A stretch of 64,000 bases of DNA from Malacoraja senta. Taxonomy: Eukaryota. The DNA lies in NCBI GenBank assembly GCA_038087875.1, contig JAXLNO010003758.1:1-64000 (forward strand), read 5' to 3'. The notes under the pieces are model-generated. The model was not told the DNA's origin. It searched no databases and saw only the letters and a list, made by a program, of their open reading frames with translations. The position numbers and the translations under genes are program-made. Shown piece after piece: positions 1 to 12,454 of this stretch (the stretch's first letter is position 1; each line of letters opens with the position of its first letter).

Positions 1-102
1 CTCCCTCTCTCTCCCCCACTTCTCTCTCTCTCGCCACCATTCCTCCTCCCCTTCTCTCTCTCTCTCTCTCCCCCCTTCTCTCCCCGTCCCCTTCTCTCTC
101 TA
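1..102. repeat. CT-rich low-complexity/microsatellite tract
   Basis: Almost pure C/T, with (CT)n runs. Confidence 0.9.
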
Positions 103-103
103 T

Positions 104-695
104 CTATCCCCTGTACAAATAGGTCATTCTGCTGTTGTACAGGGCCCTAGTGAGACCACACCTGGAGTATTGTGTACAGTTTTGGTCTCCAAATTTGAGG
201 AAGGACATTCTTGCGATTGAGGGAGTGCAGCGTAGGTTTAAAAGGTTAATTCCCGGGATGGCAGGACTGTCATATGCTGAGAGAATGGAGCGGCTGGACT
301 TGTATACTCTGGAGTTTAGAAGGATGAGAGGTGATCTTCTTGAAACATATAAGATTATTAAGGGTTTGGACACGCTAGATGCAGGAAACACATTCGAGAT
401 GTTGGGTGAGTCCAGAACCAGGGGCCACAGTTTAAGAATAAGGGGTAAGCCATTTAGAACGGAGACTAGGAAACACTTTTTCTCAAAGAGAGTGGTGAGT
501 CTGTGGAATTCTCTGCCTCAGAGGGCGGTCGAGGCTGGTTCTCTGGATACTTTCAAGAGAGCTCTTAAAGATAGCGGAGTCAGGGGATATGGGGTGAAGG
601 CAGGAACGGGGTACAGATTGGGGAAGATCAGCCATGATCAAATTGAATGGCGGTGCTGGATCGAAGGGCCGTATGGCCTACTCCTGGACCTATTG
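104..695 (+). mobile_element. CR1 LINE 3' fragment (ORF2 C-terminus and 3' UTR)
   Basis: ORF 135-836 begins [19 protein letters not shown]...RRMRGDL...TRGH, the typical CR1 ORF2 C-terminus. Confidence 0.9.
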
Positions 696-1075
696 TCTAT
701 TGTGTATTTGAGTGTGGTCCACACACATTTAAAGAGCTGGTTCTTGCCACAGATTTGCCCATTCACTTCATGTATCCTTATCTCAGCAAGGATACCATCC
801 AGATGCTCTGTTCACACTTCTGCTTGCCTTGTGTGAGCGGCAAACTTGGTCGTGTGGCTTTCTATCCGACATCTCAACTATCAATAAATATAGTGAATAG
901 CTTCAGCCCTGAACACGTTGCCACAGGCAAAGCTCATCACTGGCCCTTCCTTCTGTAACTTTCCACTTTCTGAATGAGTTTATCAAATGCATTCACAAAG
1001 ATGATCAAAACTCCTTTCCCTGTTCATTAGCTTTGAATATTTTAAAGACCAGAAAGGTTCATCACGAATGTGTGG

Positions 1076-1188
1076 GAAGGAACTGCAGATGCTGGTTTAC
1101 ACCAAAGATAGACACACAACTCTGTAGGACACGCAGCATCTCTGGATAGAAGGAATGGGTGACGTTTCGGGTCGAGACCCTCCTTCAG
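1076..1188 (-). mobile_element. Short Penelope-type element with a variant hammerhead motif
   Basis: Minus strand reads CTGAAGGAGGGTCTCGACCCGAAACGTC, followed by the family body (...GATGCTGC...CAGCATCTGCAGTTCCTT). Confidence 0.7.
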
Positions 1189-1494
1189 AATGTTCTATTC
1201 TTTGGACGGAGGAGACTAATACATGTATATTTACATAATCTGTAGAAAGACAATGTGCAATCTTAGATCCAGGTCACGTGTTCCCCACCAACTTGGCAAC
1301 ACCTCCCAAAACACACCAACAGGGAACACCAACACCAACACTACATGTATATTCTTTATTGAACATTGATAGGTTACATTGACACAAACACACATGTAGC
1401 CTCTTGTGGGGTCTCTGCAGGTTTCATGCAGGATCAGACCTGACACAAAGATGTTATCTCAGTAACTGCAAGTTCTCTGAAACTTTGGTAATTG

Positions 1495-1975
1495 ATATTT
1501 CAAGAGTCAAGAGAGTTTTATTGTCATGTGTCCCAGATAGGACAATGAAATTATTGCTTGCTGCAGCACAACAGAATATGTAAACATAATACAGAACAGG
1601 AGATAAAAGTTCAGTGTGTCTATAGACCATATATATATATACATACACAATAAATAAACAGATAAAGTGCAATAGGCTGTTATTGTTCAGAGTTTGTTTG
1701 ATGGCTGTGGGGAAGTAGCTGTTCCTGAACCTCGATGTTCCAGATTTCAAGCTCCTGTATCTTCTTCCTGATGGCAATGGAGAGATGAGTGAGTGGCCAG
1801 GATGGTGTGGATCTTTGATGATGTTGGCAGCCTTTTTGAGGCAGCGACTGCGATAGATCCCTTCGATGGTAGGGAGGTCAGAGTCGATGATGGACTGGGC
1901 AGTGGTCACAACTTTCTGCATTCTTTTCCGCTCCTGGACGTTCAAGTTGCCGAACCAAGCCATGATGCAACCAGT
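1495..1975 (-). mobile_element. Rex1/Babar(L2-like) LINE 3' end
   Basis: ORF 1454-2122 contains ITGCIMAWFGN...RCLKKAANIIKDPHHPGH...RFRNSYFP; tail of (CTCTTGA) repeats. Confidence 0.8.
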
Positions 1976-2254
1976 TATGTTTAACCAAAAAATGATGTTT
2001 GATATGGATTTGATCTGGAATCCATTTTCATTCTCAGTTGACGTTCTCTCGTGCAACGTTGTGAACCCTGGAACACCAGTCTGCACAAGACACTGAATAG
2101 CAGTGACTTTCTGGAGAGACATTCCCTTTCCTCAAGAGTAGCAACTGCTCAACTAACCACAGCCTGGTCTTGTTACTATCGGCACAATATCACAAGAGGA
2201 GATAACCACATTTGACAGAGTGCAGGAGATGGTTACACACACATATGTACAACC

Positions 2255-2930
2255 AGGCTCCTTCACCCAGAGTAGTGCAATCAAGAACCAGGACATGGGT
2301 TTAAAGTGAGGGGGGATAGATTTAATGGGAATCTGAGGGGCAACTTTTTCACACAAAGGGCACTGGGTACATGGAATGTGCTGTGGGAGGAGGTAGTTGA
2401 CGCAGAAACTATGACAATGTTTAAAAGTTATTTGGACAGGTACATGGATAGGACGAATAGTGAAAGGCCTGGACAGAGCGGATGTAAAGAGGATGATTCC
2501 ACTGGTGGGAGAGTCGAGGACCATAGCCTCAGAATTAAAGGAAGTTCCTCTAGGAAGATGAGGAATTTGTTTTGTCACAGGGTAGTGAATCTGAGGAAGT
2601 CATTGCCACAGAAGGCTGTGGAGGCCCACTCAATGGGTATTTTTAAAGCAGAGATAGATTGATTCTTGATTAGTATTGGTGTCAAGGGGAGAAGGCAGGA
2701 GAATGGGGTTAGGATGGCGAGATAGATCAGCCATGATTGAATGGCAGAAGACTTGATGGGCTGAATGGCCTAATTCTGCTCCTATCACATGAACATGAGA
2801 TGATCAGTGATTTAGGCCAAACATGGGAGACGGGACTAGTGTAGATCGGGCAGCTTGGTTGGCAAAGGCAAGCTGAGCCGAAGAGCCTGTTACCGTCCTG
2901 TATAAATCTATGACTCCATGATCACTCCCA
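2255..2930 (+). mobile_element. Cluster of CR1 3'-end fragments
   Basis: GNFFTQR/VVNL..SLPQKAVEA motifs (ORF 2306-2662) and CR1 3' UTR sequence. Confidence 0.75.
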
Positions 2931-3221
2931 TGCCAACACCCAGCTCCATCCACTCAATGGACTTTCTGATGGACCTCTTTTCCAGTGTCGACAAACAATT
3001 GTACAAGTACAAATACTCAACTCCACTCTTCAAATTAGCAGCAAGCCAACTAGACTGAGATGCCACACACAGAGGGCCGACAACAATGAGTGGACTGACC
3101 CTGTGACACTAATTTTGAAGAACAGCAGGCTTCGTCTTCTGTGTCCTGGCTACTGAGCAGTTTTGGAATAAACTGAAGATGTAAAAGTACAGAAATATTT
3201 AGCATTGTGCCCTAGTTCTGG

Positions 3222-3712
3222 TTGCATCGTGGCCTGGTTCGGCAACGAACGTCCAGGAGCGAAAAAGACTACAAAAAGTTGTGACTACTGCCCAGTTCAT
3301 CGTCGGCTTTGACCGTCGAAGGGATCTATCGTAGTCGCTGCCTCAAAAAGGCAGCCAAATTCATCAAAGACCCACACCATCCTGGCCACACACTCATCTC
3401 ATCATTGCCATCAGGAAGCAGTTACAGGAGCCTGAAAACTGTAACGTCCAGGTAGAGGAACAGCTTCTTCCCTGCAGCCATCAGGCTATTAAACACAATG
3501 AATAAGCTCTGAGCTATGAACTGCAAAAGATTACATTATTATTTGTTATTTGCACTATTTGTTATTTAATGAACTTTTTCTATTTTTCTCTTCCCCGTTA
3601 TGTACTATGTTTACATATTCACATATTCTGTCGTGCTGCAAGGAAGAAATGCATTGTCCTGTCCGGGACATATGACAATAAAACACTCTTGACTCTTCTT
3701 GACTCTAGTCTA
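3222..3712 (+). mobile_element. Rex1/Babar-type LINE 3' end
   Basis: Same family as 1495-1975 in the opposite orientation; ends CTCTTGACTCTTCTTGACTCT. Confidence 0.8.
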
Positions 3713-3837
3713 GGCCTCTTGGTTATCACTCACTCACTCACACACTGCAACACCTGTCCTTCAGTGCCAAACTTGCCTGGCCCTATTTTGTGACGGGGTA
3801 AAAGATGTGATCATTAGAGTGAATCCCAACACCGTAC

Positions 3838-4154
3838 CTTGAAAGCTTTTCACTTCCCGACTGATACTGGTGTTCGAGGGGGATGAGACACTGTACAGCC
3901 GAAGACTGAGCCTTTCTTCCAATCCTCTGAACTCACAGTCAGGAAGTGGCTGGCACTGAAAGTCCCCCCCTGCTCCAGAGCAGTCGGTGTAGCGTTGGTG
4001 GTGGAAGAGATCGGGGCTCCGTCTTTCTCCCAAGTGACGTTTATGAGGTCCGGGTAGAAACCAGAGAGCACACATTCGAGGGTGGCTGTGTGGCTACGCG
4101 TGGTCTCTTGATGAGCTGGAGGCAGCAGGCTGACCTTGAGTCTTTTTGTTTCAA
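3838..4154 (-). pseudogene. IgW: IgW heavy-chain constant-domain exon (CH2 or later), frameshifted near its 3' end
   Basis: Acceptor TTCCAG|TT (phase 1) and donor CAAG|GTACGG. It encodes ETKRLKVSLLPP...ATLECVLSGFYPDLINVTWEKDG...WKKGSVFGCTVSHPP, with both Ig cysteines and the core Trp. Length is 317 nt: CAT CCCCC TCG has 5 C where the paralog has 6, shifting the terminal SNTSISREVKSFQ out of frame. Confidence 0.9.
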
Positions 4155-4195
4155 CTGGAAAAAAGGAGCAAAGTAGATGTGAGACCCTCTTCCTC

Positions 4196-4920
4196 AAGGG
4201 CCTGTCCCACTTACGCGACTTTTTCAGCGACTGCCAGCACCCGTTATTGGTCGTTACAGGTGGCCGAAAATGTTCAACATGTTGAAAATCCAGAACAAGG
4301 TACGACTCTTTTGGCAACTACTCACGACCATACAGGCTTCACCCCGCGACATGTCGCCAGTATGGTCATGAGTAGTCTCCTCAGTCGCCCAAAGAGTCGT
4401 AGAGTCTTCTGGTCACCGTTGGATTTTCAACATGTTGAACATTTTCGGTTACCTGCTGCGACTATGACGGGTGCCGGTAGTCGCAGAAATAAATTTCGGA
4501 GCTCCTGCAACAGCAACTTCTCCCGCATGAGTTGCGGGGTTGAAAATGACCTGGAGCGAGGTCTTACATCGCACAGCGCGGCTTTAAAGGGCCGCGGAAC
4601 TTGCTAGCGCCCGCCAAGGGCTCCAACATCAAGACCCGGAGCGCGGCCTTGCATCGCCCGGCGCGGCTTTAATGGCTGGGGGCTTTGACTTTGACATTGG
4701 GAGGAGAATGAGGAGAGCAGGGGGAGACAAGACTTTGCCTTCCATCACAGTGAGGAGGAGATTCACTGTGATGAATGTTTGTGTGTAAATTGTGTTGTGT
4801 CTTGGTTCTTTGTACTTGTTTGTATGACTGCAGAAACCAAATTTCGTTTGAACTTAGGTTCAAATGACAACAAATAAATTGTATCATTGTATCAAAATTG
4901 CGGAATTGGGACAGGCTCTT
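4196..4920. mobile_element. Non-autonomous DNA transposon (PIF/Harbinger-like MITE) with a nested SINE-like insert
   Basis: Terminal inverted repeats AAGGGCCTGTCCCA / TGGGACAGGCTCTT. The internal ~4490-4893 segment ends in a (TTGTATCA) tail. The element sits ~40 bp upstream of the C-exon acceptor. Confidence 0.65.
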
Positions 4921-5229
4921 TATGGAAAGCCAGGGCAGGTCCAAACAGGTGTCTTATAAAAGAACTTTAAGATGTTTATGTCATCACATAAAAGACTGAT
5001 CAATGGCAGATCAAATTATACACTGGCTAGATTATTGAAAACAGAATAGCAGAAAAACTCGTGTTAAATAGCAGGTTGGGTGTTTTGACTGAAGAAAACC
5101 CAGAACAAAGGAGCCGTCAACTGGGATTTGACTCTCTTTCCCATCACCATGATCAGCTGGTACATTACAGGGGCACAATTTGATATGTGCTTTGCTTGGA
5201 ACCCCTGCAGCATCGATTAGTAATACTGA

Positions 5230-5600
5230 GCAACATGAATGAGAAAATCAATTTTTCTGCTTGTAGGCCAAGCCTGGGATTCCCTCGGTTTAAGAATGTC
5301 ACATGCTGATATCGCAGTCTTACTCGGACCATGTGTCTCACCATCTCTGAAACCTTCACCACAAACACAACCTTCTGTAAAGGTGTCATTCTTCCAACTC
5401 TGGGCACTCATAAGCCTGCACTCCTTTCACCTTTGTACCACTTGCTGTGTCACGTTGCAGTGTTGCTCACAAGCACCAAAGCAGACTCAGCAGATCCATC
5501 CCCCGCATCTCTCCTCCTTGAAATGAAGACTGACAGTAAATGTCAATCCAGAAGTTGTCGATCTGGTGACATGAGCTCAAAATTCCAACCCATGATCTGG
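5230..5600 (-). pseudogene. Possible heavily decayed Ig-C / Cys-rich tail remnant
   Basis: Broken frames give SALVLVSN...KWYKGE and SWKNDTFTEGCVCGEGF. There is a candidate acceptor TCCCAG at ~5600, and the segment lies between CH1 and the next C exon. Confidence 0.25.
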
Positions 5601-6228
5601 GAATTTCAATTTTATTAATAAATGCATTCTGACGTAAAATGCTTCCGTTGGTGGTGACGCATGTCGATAGTTCACTGCTGCACTTCACGGAAGGGAATGT
5701 GTCAGCATATCTGTTCTGGCCAGTACGCAACTACATACCTGTAGCAAAATGGTTACAGACTAGTGTCAGTTTAGTGTGACTGTGCTCCAGTGAAGACTTT
5801 GAGGCGTTTCAGTAATTGATAGAAACTATCTGAAATAAATTAGTGGCTGACTCTCCAGCGACAGCAGAGCAAATCATAAATGGTTAGAAGTATCAAGGTC
5901 CCCCTCCTGCTGCAGATTGGGATGAAATTCTGCATTAGATGTATTTTCCCGTTTCACTTCAGAATCATTGGGGGAGGAAGAGATTGATTCATTCATTCAT
6001 TGCCGCTGACTGACCTGCACTGCCACTTGTACTCTGAAGCAGCATCATGAGTCTAGTTCCACTCAGCTCACTCTCGTGTGTGCACTGTTTACACACTCAG
6101 TCACTTGAGCCACATGAGCTGATTTTGCTTTCAAACACTTATTGTGGAGGGTGATAACGTTTGTGTCAGAATTGAAACTATCAGAGCCCGGAGATCAAAG
6201 TCTTCAACTGCGTAGAAAGCAGTCATAA

Positions 6229-6350
6229 GAAGGGTCTCGATCCGAAACGTCGCCTATTCCTTCGCTCCATAGATGCTGACTCACCTGCTGAGTTTCTCCA
6301 GCATTTTTGTCTACCTTCGATTTTGCAGCATCTGCAGTTCCTTCTTAAAC
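6229..6350 (+). mobile_element. Short Penelope-type element, 5'-truncated hammerhead motif
   Basis: GAAGGGTCTCGATCCGAAACGTC followed by the family body; sits at the inner end of the left duplication arm. Confidence 0.7.
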
Positions 6351-6687
6351 AAGTCATACACACTGTGTATGTCTGACAGGAGACATCACATTTGTCAATG
6401 TAAGATGTTGTCTATTTCACAACCCCTCCTTCTTTAAGCAAAATGGCGAGCAAATTCCTTTAAACAATAGTTATGTGCGTGGTATTAGTGTGGATCACAG
6501 TTGCTGCAGTGTCATCAGAAATTTGTAAGACTAGTTTAACAGTGTACATTGTTCTTGCTTTGTGAATCTTGTTTTAATCAGCAATGTGATATTGTTAGAA
6601 CATGTGTGTTTGCAAGATGCTCAATCCCATCCCATATCAGTGACAGTCATGGAGTTCCACCATCGCGGTGTTGGGGGGAAATCACCT

Positions 6688-9470
6688 CATATAACCATAT
6701 AACCATATAACAATTACAGCACGGAAACAGGCCATCTCGACCCTTCTAGTCCGTGCCGAACACGTATTCTCCCCTAGTCCCATATACCTGTGCTCAGACC
6801 ATAACCCTCCATTCCTTTCCCGTCCATATAACTATCCAATTTATTTTTAAATGATAAAAACGAACCTGCCTCCACCACCTTCACTGGAAGCTCATTCCAC
6901 ACAGCCACCACTCTCTGAGTAAAGAAGTTCCCCCTCATGTTACCCCTAAACTTCTGTCCCTTAATTCTCAAGTCATGTCCCCTTGTTTGAATCTTCCCTA
7001 CTCTCAATGGGAAAAGCTTATCCACGTCAACTCTGTCTATCCCTCTCATCATTTTAAAGACCTCTATCAAGTCCCCCCTTAACCTTCTGCGCTCCAAAGA
7101 ATAAAGCCCTAACTTGTTCAACCTTTCTCTGTAACTTAGTTGTTGAAACCCAGGCAACATTCTAGTAAATCTCCTCTGTACTCTCTCTATTTTGTTGACA
7201 TCCTTCCTATAATTAGGCGACCAAAATTGTACACCATACTCCAGAATTGGCCTCACCAATGCCTTGTACAATTTTAACATTACATCCCAACTTCTATACT
7301 CAATGCTCTGATTTATAAAATCCAGCACACCAAAAGCTTTCTTTACCACCCTATCTACATGAGATTCCACTTTCAGGGAACTGTGCACAGTTATTCCAAG
7401 ATCCCTCTGTTCACCTGCATTCTTCAATTCCCTACCATTTACCATGTACGTCCTATTTTGATTTGTCCTGCCAAGATGTAGCACCTCACACTTATCAGCA
7501 TTAAACTCCATCTGCCATCTTTCAGCCCACTCTTCCAACCGGCATAAATCTCTCTGTAGACTTTGAAAATCTACTTCATTATCCACAGCCCCACCTATCT
7601 TAGTATCATATGCATACTTACTAATCCAATTTACCACACCATCATCCAGATCATTGATGTACATGACAAACAACAGTGGACCCAACACAGATCCCTGTGG
7701 CACCCCACTAGTCACTGGCCTCCAACCTGACAAACAACCATCCACCATTACTCTCTGGCATCTCCCATTCAGCCACTGTTGAATCCATCTTGCTACTCCA
7801 CCATTAATACCCAACCATTGAACCTTCTTAACCAACCTTCCATGAGGAACCTTGTCAAAGGCCTTACTGAAGTCCATATATACAACATCCACGGCTTTAC
7901 CCTCATCAATTTCCCGAGTAACCTCTTCAAAAAATTCAAGAAGATTAGTCAAGCATGACCTTCCAGGCACAAACCCATGTTGACTGCTCCTAATCAGCCC
8001 CTGTTTATCCAGATGCTTATATATATTATCTCTGAGTATCCTTTCCATTAATTTGCCCACCACTGATGTCAAACTAACAGGTCTATAATTGCTAGGTTTA
8101 CTCTTAGACCCCTTTTTAAACAATGGAACAACATGCACAGTACGCCAATCCTCCGGCACTATTGCCGTTTCCAATGACATTTGAAATATTTCTGTCATAG
8201 CCCCTGCTATTTCTACACTAACTTCCCTCAATGTCCTGAATATCCTGTCCGGACCTGGAGACTTATCCACTTTTATATTTCTCAAAAGTGTCAGTACTTC
8301 CTCTTCTTTGAATCTCATAGTTTCCATAGCTACTCTACTTGTTTCCCTTACCTCACATAATTCAATATCCTTCTCCTTGGTGAATACCGAAGAAAAGAAA
8401 TTGTTCAATATCTCCCCCATCTCTTTTGGCTCTGCAGATACCTGTCCACTCTGACTCTCTAATGGACCAATTTTATCCCTCGTTATCCTTTTGCTATTAA
8501 TATAGCTGTAGAAACCCTTTGGATTTACTTTCACCTTATTTGCCAAAGCAACCTCATATCTTCTTTTAGCTTTTCTAATTTCTTTCTTAAGACTCTTTTT
8601 ACATTTTTTATACTCCTCAAGCACCTCATTTACTCCATGCTGCCTATAATTATTGTAGATCTCTCTCTTTTTCCGAACTGTGTCCAATTTCCCTTGAAAA
8701 CCATGGCTCTTTCCAATTTTTACTCTTTACTTTCAACCGAACAGGGACATAAAGATTCTGTACTCTTAAAATTTCACCTATAAATGTCGTCCATTTCTCT
8801 TCCACATCTTTCCCATAAAACAAACTGTCCCAATTTACTCCTTTTAAATCCTTTCGCATCTCCTCAAAGTTAGCCTTTCTCCAATCAAAAATCTCAACCC
8901 TAGGTCCAGTTCTGACCCTCTCCATAATTATATTGAAACTAATGGTATTGTGATCACTGGTCCAGAACTGTTCCCCAACGCATACCTCTGCCACCTGACC
9001 GTCTCATTTCCTAACAGGAGGTCCAGCACCGCCCTTTCTCTAGTAGGTACGTCTATGTATTGCTGCAAAAAACTATCCTGCACACATTTTACAAACTCCA
9101 ACCCATCCAGCCCATTTACAGAATGTGTTTCCCAGTCTATGTGTGGAAAATTGAAATCTCCCACAATCACTACCTTGTGCTTACTACTAATATCTGCAAT
9201 CTCCTTACATATTTGCTCTTCCAATTCTCGCTCCCCATTTGGCGGTCTATAATACACCCCTATGAGTGTTGCTACCACTTTCCCATTTCTCAGTTCCACC
9301 CAAATAGCCTCCCTAGAAGAGCCCTCTAATCTATCCTGCCAAAGCACTGCTGTAATATCTTCCCTGATAAGCAATGCAACACCTCCACCTCTTGCCCCTC
9401 CAATTCTATCACACCTGAAGCAACGAAATCCTGGAATATTTAGTTTCCAATCACAGCCCTCCTGCAACCA
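6688..9470 (-). mobile_element. CR1 LINE, near-complete ORF2 (APE endonuclease + RT)
   Basis: ORFs 8928-9689 (IGVYYRPP, IVGDFNFP), 8650-8994 (SDHN) and 6774-8687 ([18 protein letters not shown] for YADD); 3' tail (ATAACCAT)n. Confidence 0.95.
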
Positions 9471-9789
9471 TATGAAACCTGGCAGAGTATAGATACTCTC
9501 CATGCTGTAAAATATTGGTATCTTCCACGAGAGACATTTTGTATTGCTCATCCTTGGATGATTATAACCAAACACGTCCATTCCTTGCAACATTCCTTGC
9601 ATTCCCTGAATTTTTCCTTTGGACTGAGGTCTGTGTCTGGGAGGTGGGTTAATAAATATGTGGCAATTTGTGCTAACCACGGTTTTCACCCAAAGTCAGT
9701 ATAGGACAGGACACCGGTTAGAGCCCTGGATCTTGCATCACCAGTTTGCCTTTATTAAAGGGTCACCCAATTTTTTACTGAGCCACTTT

Positions 9790-11702
9790 GACATACGGGC
9801 AATACGGGCTGAAAAGATTAAGTACGGGGGGAAGCTGGCCAGGAATATAAAGAAGGACAGTAAAAGCTTCTTTAGATATGTTAAGGGAAAAAGAGTAGCA
9901 AAGTCAAATGTGGGTCCCTTGAAGGCAGACACGGGTGAAATTATTAAGGGCAACAAGGAAATGGCAGAAGAGTTGAATAGGTACTTCGGATCTGTGTTCA
10001 CTAAGGAAGACACAAACAATCTCCCAGATGTACTGGAGGACAGAGGATCTAAGGGGGTAGAGGAACTGTAAGAAATGTTCATTAGGCAAGAAATAGTATT
10101 GGGTAGGCTAATGGGACTGAAGGATGATAAATCCCCTGGGCCTGATGGTCTGCATACCAGGGTCCTCAGGGAGGTGGCTCTAGAAATAGTGGACGCATTG
10201 GTGATCATTTTCCAATGTTCAATAGATTCAGGATCAGTTCCTGTGGTTTGGAGACTAGCTAATGTTATCCCACTTTTCAAGAAAGGAGCGAGTGAGAAAA
10301 CGGGGAATTACAGACCAGTTAGCCTGACTTCGGTGGTGGAAAAGATGCTGGAGTCAATTATTAAAGCGGTAATAATGGGGCATTTGGATAGCAGTAAAAG
10401 GATTAGTCCAAGTCAACATGGATTTATGAAAGGGAAATCATGCTTGACTAATCTTCTGGAATATTTTGAGGATGTGACAAGTAAAATGGACGAAGGGGTG
10501 CCAGTGGATGTAGTGTATCTAGACTTTCAGAAAGCCTTTGATAAGGTCCCGCACGGGAGACTGGTGACTAAAATTAGAGCACATGGTATTGGTGGTAGGG
10601 TGTTGACATGGATAGAAAATTGGCTGGCAGACCGGAAGCAAAGAGTAGGAGTGAACGTGTCCTTTTCATAATGGCAGGCAGTGGCGAGTGGAGTGCCGCA
10701 AGGCTCTGTGTTGGGGCCACAACTGTTTACCATATATATTAATGATTTGGAAGAGGGAATTAGGAGCAACACTAGAGAGTTTGCAGATGACACAAAACTG
10801 GGTGGCAGTGTAAACTGTGAAGAGGATGTTAGGAGGTTGCAGGGTGACCTGGACAGGTTGAGTTAGTGGGCAGATGCGTGGCAGATGCAGTATAAAATAG
10901 ATAAATGTGAGGTTATCCACTTTGGCGGCAAAAATAAGGAGGCAGATTATTATCTCAATGGGGTTAGGTAAGGGGGAGGTGCAGCGAGACCTGGGCGTCC
11001 TTGTACACCAGTCACTGAAAGTTGGTGTGCAGGTACAGCAGGCAGTGAAGAAAGCTAATGGAATGTTGGCCTTCATAACAAGAGGATTTCAGTATAGTAG
11101 TAAAGAGGTTCTTCTGCAGTTGTATAGGGCTCTGGTGAGACCACATCTGGAGTATTGTGTCCAGTTTTGGTCTCCTAATTTGAGGAAGGACATCCTTGTG
11201 ATTGAGGCAGTGCAGCGTAGGTTCACGAGATTGATCCCTGGGATGGCGGGACTGTCATATGAGGAAGGATTGAAAAGACTAGGCTTGTATTCACTGGAGT
11301 TTAGAAGGATGAGGGGGCATCTTATAGAAAAATATAAAATTATAAAAGGACTGGACAAGCTAGATGCAGGAAAAAATTTTCCCAATGTTGGGCGAGTCCA
11401 GAGCCAGGGGCCACAGTCTTAGAATAAAGGGGAGGTCATTTAAGACTGAGGTGAGAAAAAACTTTTTCACCCAGAGAGTTGTGAATTTATGGAATTCCCT
11501 GCCACAGAGGGCAGTGGAGGCCAAGTCACTGGATGGATTTAAGAGAGAGTTAGATAGAGCTCTAGGGGACTAGTGGAGTCAATGGATATGGGGAGAAGGC
11601 AGGCATGGGTTATTGATAGGGGACGATCAGCCATGATCACAATGAATGGCGGTGCTGGCTCGAAGGGCCGAATGGCCTCCTCCTGCACCTATTTTCTATG
11701 TT
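9790..11702 (+). mobile_element. CR1 LINE (second subfamily), 5'-truncated, with stops
   Basis: ORFs 9658-10071, 10075-10671, 10681-10866 (FADD), 10907-11422; CR1 3' UTR. Confidence 0.93.
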
Positions 11703-12084
11703 TCACACCATTCACCTTAAACATCTCCTGCCTTGCGATCTCTGGGTGGTCCTTGCTGACTAGAGTCTGAGCATGAAGAAATCTGGCCAGTGGCAACTGG
11801 GATGTGAAGCAGCAATGTCTGCAAATGAATGAATATACAGGCAATTAGTGGAGGGGAGAGCTTGAATTGAGTATTTTCCCCCCTCTGGTACACTGAACCC
11901 ACTGGATACCAGGGGTTGGATTTGAATCTTATAAATGGGTTGTAATAATAGAATGGGAGTGCAGCGTAGGTTCATCAGGTTAATTCCCGGAATACTCCAG
12001 GTGTGGTCTCACTAGGGCCCTGTACAACTGCGGAAGGACCTCTTTGACAAAGTGCCCAAGCGGAAAATGAATGTATCACCGTCT

Positions 12085-12242
12085 ATTTCTCTCTTTTCCC
12101 TTTCCCGACTCTCAGTCTGAAGAAGGGTCTCGACCCAAAACGTCACCAACTCCATTTCTCCAGAGATGCTGTCTGACCCGCTGAGTTACTCCAGCTGTCT
12201 ATCTTCACTTTAAACCAACATCTGCAATTCCTTCTGACACAA
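12085..12242 (+). mobile_element. Short Penelope-type element; hammerhead core with GAAA mutated to AAAA
   Basis: CTGAAGAAGGGTCTCGACCCAAAACGTC starting at 12117. Confidence 0.7.
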
Positions 12243-12454
12243 CTTTAAGTTTAATAGGAAAGGAGGTCAGATGGACGAGAAACATATTTTTTTATGGCAG
12301 CAATGATTTGATCAGAACTGGAAGGCAGTGGTTAAAAGTGAGAGTGGAAGCAGATTCATATCATTTCCACAAGGAGACTGGATTTCACTTGGTGAGGGGT
12401 TGGCTGCAGGGTTGAAGGGAAACTGCAGGAAGAGTGAGGAAGGAAATAGTAAAA

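Larger units (their letters stand above)
450..6228. repeat. Left arm of a ~5.8-kb inverted segmental duplication (partner 37428-43220)
   Basis: The reverse complement matches the right arm through both unique and repeat DNA (e.g. 6181-6228 vs 37428-37475; 3838-4154 vs 39488-39803; 700-1070 vs 42600-42960), with scattered substitutions and indels. Confidence 0.95.

Noticed and set aside
3761-3837. Read-through of the C-exon donor as a secretory tail (GTVLGFTLMITSFTPSQNRARQVWH*)
   Set aside because: Lacks the N-glycosylation site and penultimate Cys pattern of Ig secretory tails, and no nearby poly(A) signal was identified.
4746-4770. CACAGTG heptamer that could be an RSS
   Set aside because: It is one arm of a hairpin (CACAGTG...CACTGTG) inside a SINE-like repeat, has no nonamer at 12 or 23 bp, and no V/D/J segment is adjacent.
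9480-9790. 300-bp non-CR1 segment fused in frame to the CR1 endonuclease ORF (8928-9689)
   Set aside because: The fusion appears to be a chance result of 5' truncation. No recognisable domain or splice sites.
11717-11820. Minus-strand AG...GT-bounded 103-nt candidate exon (DIAASHPSCHWPDFFMLRL*) between CH1 and the next C exon
   Set aside because: In-frame stop in phase 1, length not a multiple of 3, and no resemblance I can recognise to an Ig TM exon or secretory tail.
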